From NCBI GenBank assembly GCA_020833025.1, contig JAJHRB010000011.1, positions 1 through 30,565 of the forward strand: a DNA stretch of 30,565 nt, written 5' to 3'. This DNA is from Thermoproteaceae archaeon. Lineage in GTDB: Archaea > Thermoproteota > Thermoprotei > Thermoproteales > Thermoproteaceae. The position numbers and the translations under genes were made by a program. The notes below the pieces were generated by a model. That model was not told where the DNA came from. It searched no databases and saw nothing but the letters and a program-made list of their open reading frames with translations. Positions 26,862-30,565 of this stretch are shown here, in pieces (position 1 is the stretch's first letter; every line of letters starts with the position of its first letter).

Positions 26862-26973
26862 GCCCTGTCTTTATTTGCTTAACTCTTTTTTATGAAATCC
26901 CTGCCGTTGCTGCAGGCAGCTAGAGCTTCGATGAGGGTTGGCGGCGAATCGGGTTCTTTCATTCAACGGCCGC

Positions 26974-28555
<1,582 letters not shown>

Positions 28556-28593
28556 GGGCGGCCTTAAAGGGGGCGCGCCAATTAACGCGTTGC

Positions 28594-28647
28594 GTGATGA
28601 CTCGACTCGCAGCAGAGCCGTAGTTTCAACCCTTCTTGAGATTCGAC
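28594..28647 (+). ncRNA. C/D-box sRNA-like unit B whose 3' half is the antisense CRISPR repeat
   Basis: CCTTAAA promoter at 28562; C GTGATGA - 12 nt CTCGACTCGCAG - D' CAGA - 6 nt - anti-repeat. Confidence 0.45.
28623..28647 (-). CRISPR. Solitary CRISPR repeat (copy 2)
   Basis: 25/25 identical to 16584-16608, same orientation; no leader or spacer array around it. Confidence 0.8.
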
Positions 28648-28669
28648 GCTCCAGGCGCCGCGCGAAATC

Positions 28670-28722
28670 TCAGCACGGAACTGACTCGTCACGCGTCTGC
28701 CGAGGCGGCCTTCCCCCATCAC
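28670..28722 (-). ncRNA. C/D-box sRNA candidate C
   Basis: C GTGATGG - 16 nt - D' CAGA - C' GTGACGA - 12 nt - D CTGA; TTTTAA about 25 nt upstream. Confidence 0.65.
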
Positions 28723-28778
28723 TCGCCTCCGCGGCGCGCGCCCCTTAAAACTCTTCTGCGCAAACGCCACGCAGCGCT

Positions 28779-28827
28779 GTGATGAGGGCCTTAAACGGGG
28801 CGTGGTGCCGTGGGGAGCGGAGACTGA
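28779..28827 (+). ncRNA. C/D-box sRNA candidate D
   Basis: C GTGATGA ... D CTGA 49 nt apart, flanked by a GCGC/GCGC terminal stem; CTTAAAA about 30 nt upstream; internal boxes degenerate. Confidence 0.6.
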
Positions 28828-28862
28828 GCGCGGCGGCGCCCGCGGCAGGGAGGTCTCGCCGC

Positions 28863-28910
28863 GTGATGACAGTGTCAGTTGCTGCGCGGTGATGACTCCC
28901 GGCCGGCTGA
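28863..28910 (+). ncRNA. C/D-box sRNA E
   Basis: C GTGATGA - 12 nt - D' CTGC - C' GTGATGA - 11 nt - D CTGA. Confidence 0.8.
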
Positions 28911-28915
28911 CCGCG

Positions 28916-29728
28916 CTAGCCCTGCCGCTGCCGGCCCTCCCCGGACCCCGCCGCGCGCTCCCCCGGGCAGTCGAGCGGCGTTATCCTCACCGCGCCTAGC
29001 CCCATTCCCCTGCCCGTCCCGACGTTGAACGCCTCGGCGACTGCCAGCGCCCTCCACACGTCGCCCAGCCTCCTCCTGCCGAAGACGCGGTATAGGGCCC
29101 AGCCGACGAAGCCCCTCGCCACGCCCCCGTTGAGGAGCCTCACGGTCCTCACGCAGGGCCCCCTGCACCCGAAGTCCGTGATCCCGACGTAAGTGTAGAC
29201 CCACTTGAGGAACCTCACGCCGAGCTTCAGGAGGCCGAACTTCCTCCCGTACGCGACGGCAGAGAGGAATATGTTGAGCGGACGCGGCGTGAAGTCGTAG
29301 ACAGGCTTGCCCCGCCTGTAGTACGGGTGCGTCTCGAAGCGCGCGGGCGAGACGAACTCGACCTTGAAGCACGGCTTCTCCTCGAGCCTCCTCGGCGCGT
29401 CCCAGAACTCGACCTCCTCCACTGCAACCGCCGAGCTGAACACGCGGAACTCGCCTGCCGACGCCACGGCCTCGACGAGCTTCCTCGCAATCTCCCTCTG
29501 CGCGAACGCTGCCCTGAGCTCCACCGGCGAGCCGGGCTCTGCCGCGGTGGCGTCGAGGACGGGCCTCCCGTTCACCACCAGCGGCCAGACGGCAAACGGC
29601 TTGGGCCTCGCGTCGTGAAGCCACGGCGCCTTGAGGAGCGCCAGCACGACCGACTGGGCGATCGTGCCGGAGAAGCCGGCTACGGCCGCGGGCGACTTCA
29701 GCCGCCCCCTCACCACCACGACGCTCAT
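28916..29728 (-). CDS. cas6: crRNA-processing endoribonuclease Cas6
   Basis: LHD..PKPF, VEFVSP.RF, P.P..IF, GFVG, C-terminal G-rich loop NVGTGRGMGLG. Confidence 0.93.
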   Translation of the reverse strand: MSVVVVRGRLKSPAAVAGFSGTIAQSVVLALLKAPWLHDARPKPFAVWPLVVNGRPVLDATAAEPGSPVELRAAFAQREIARKLVEAVASAGEFRVFSSAVAVEEVEFWDAPRRLEEKPCFKVEFVSPARFETHPYYRRGKPVYDFTPRPLNIFLSAVAYGRKFGLLKLGVRFLKWVYTYVGITDFGCRGPCVRTVRLLNGGVARGFVGWALYRVFGRRRLGDVWRALAVAEAFNVGTGRGMGLGAVRITPLDCPGERAAGSGEGRQRQG

Positions 29729-30549
29729 TGCCCGCAGCGGACGAGCGGCTTGAGCACCGTCCTCACGCGCGCTGCCTCCCCCGGCCCTCCGGGCTCCCTG
29801 CCCAGCGCGGCGTCAAGGTTGTCTGCAATCATTATCACGTAGGCCACCAGCTCCCCCCAGACGGCTGCCGGCTTCAGCAGCTTCGCGCGCAGCCTCAGGA
29901 GCGCGGCGTCAAGAGTCTGCAGGTACTCCCACTTCATGCGCCCGCCGACCGCGGCCCACACGACGCTCCAGTTCGCGCCGGGCCAGAACTTCTCGGCGCC
30001 CCGCGCTGCCCCGGCGAGCCTGCCGACGTCCTCCACCTCCAGCGCCGCGGATCTGGCGTCGTCGAGCACGTCGTCGATGCTCCTGCGGGCGGAGTGGTGG
30101 AGCGCGATGCCCGCGGCCACCGCGGCGGCGGCTCTGTCTGCAACCGCGCCGCGGGGCCTCAGCAGCTCGTACACGAGGTGCCACGCGAGCCACGCGGACA
30201 GCACCTCGTGCCCCCTCAGCTGCGCCGGGCAGCCGGCCTTGTCGCGCTCCGCCGCCCTCCTAAGCCTGTCCTGATACGCCGCCGTGGCCTTCCCCACGTC
30301 GTGGAGATACGCGGCGAGCGTTAGGAGCTCGCGGGCCTCTCCCGGCGCCACGCCCAGTGCCCTCGCGAGCCTGGCGGCCGAGCTGAGAACCTCCCTCCTG
30401 AGCGCGTCGGCGTTGAGCTCGCAGCCCAGCTCCCTGACCTGCCCCCCAACGCGCTCCAGCTCCTGGCCGTCAAGCGCGACTATCCGCGCCGCGCCCTCGA
30501 GGTGTTCTGCCAGCGGCTGGCCGCACCACGCGAGCGCCCCCTCACTCAT
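29725..30549 (-). CDS. cas3'': Stand-alone Cas3'' HD nuclease (type I-A style)
   Basis: QPLAEHL, AAYLHDVGKA, HEVLSA, IALHH, ADNLDA; overlaps the cas6 start. Confidence 0.9.
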   Translation of the reverse strand: MSEGALAWCGQPLAEHLEGAARIVALDGQELERVGGQVRELGCELNADALRREVLSSAARLARALGVAPGEARELLTLAAYLHDVGKATAAYQDRLRRAAERDKAGCPAQLRGHEVLSAWLAWHLVYELLRPRGAVADRAAAAVAAGIALHHSARRSIDDVLDDARSAALEVEDVGRLAGAARGAEKFWPGANWSVVWAAVGGRMKWEYLQTLDAALLRLRAKLLKPAAVWGELVAYVIMIADNLDAALGREPGGPGEAARVRTVLKPLVRCGQ

Positions 30550-30565
30550 AGTCGGCCCTGAATCC
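30542..30565 (-). CDS. Tail of an upstream gene (possibly Cas3' helicase), truncated by the window
   Basis: Reads GFRADYE* overlapping the cas3'' ATG; identity inferred only from usual type I-A gene order. Confidence 0.3.
   Translation of the reverse strand, partial: GFRADYE

Noticed and set aside
28582-28999. Small ORFs between crn1 and cas6
   Set aside because: They overlap the repeat and C/D-box motifs and lack coding character; the region is better explained as ncRNA

Overview
GC-rich hyperthermophilic crenarchaeal chromosome window. It is most like Thermoproteaceae (Pyrobaculum/Thermoproteus); this is inferred from protein style, leaderless genes with TATA boxes about 25-30 nt upstream, intron-rich tRNA, many C/D-box sRNAs and the CRISPR repeat type. 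The left half (1-16.3 kb) is mostly housekeeping: rps10 3' end, a membrane-anchored glycoprotein-like ORF, tyw3, ctaB/cyoE, GH31 alpha-glucosidase, rpl3-rpl4-rpl23, a PD-(D/E)XK-like + variant ParA pair, GNAT/cutA, aldo-keto reductase, carAB (carA has a 5' frameshift) and a macrodomain gene. Its RNA elements are tRNA-Arg(CCG), a two-intron tRNA-Tyr(GTA), C/D sRNAs, and an orphan promoter-bearing 5' half of a tRNA-Lys-like gene. The right half (16.6-30.6 kb) is a CRISPR-Cas locus: complete type III-B (cmr4-5-1-6 divergent from cmr2-3), csx1, a frameshifted CARF-only csx1 paralog, a Crn1 ring nuclease, cas6 and a split cas3'' HD gene of a type I-A module that continues beyond the edge. There is no spacer array. 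Instead two identical solitary 25-bp repeats bracket a 12-kb III-B cassette. The cassette also holds a coupled ABC-ATPase / PD-(D/E)XK-like / unknown trio, and the right repeat sits inside a cluster of C/D-box sRNA-like units. All assignments are by eye; no database searches were run.
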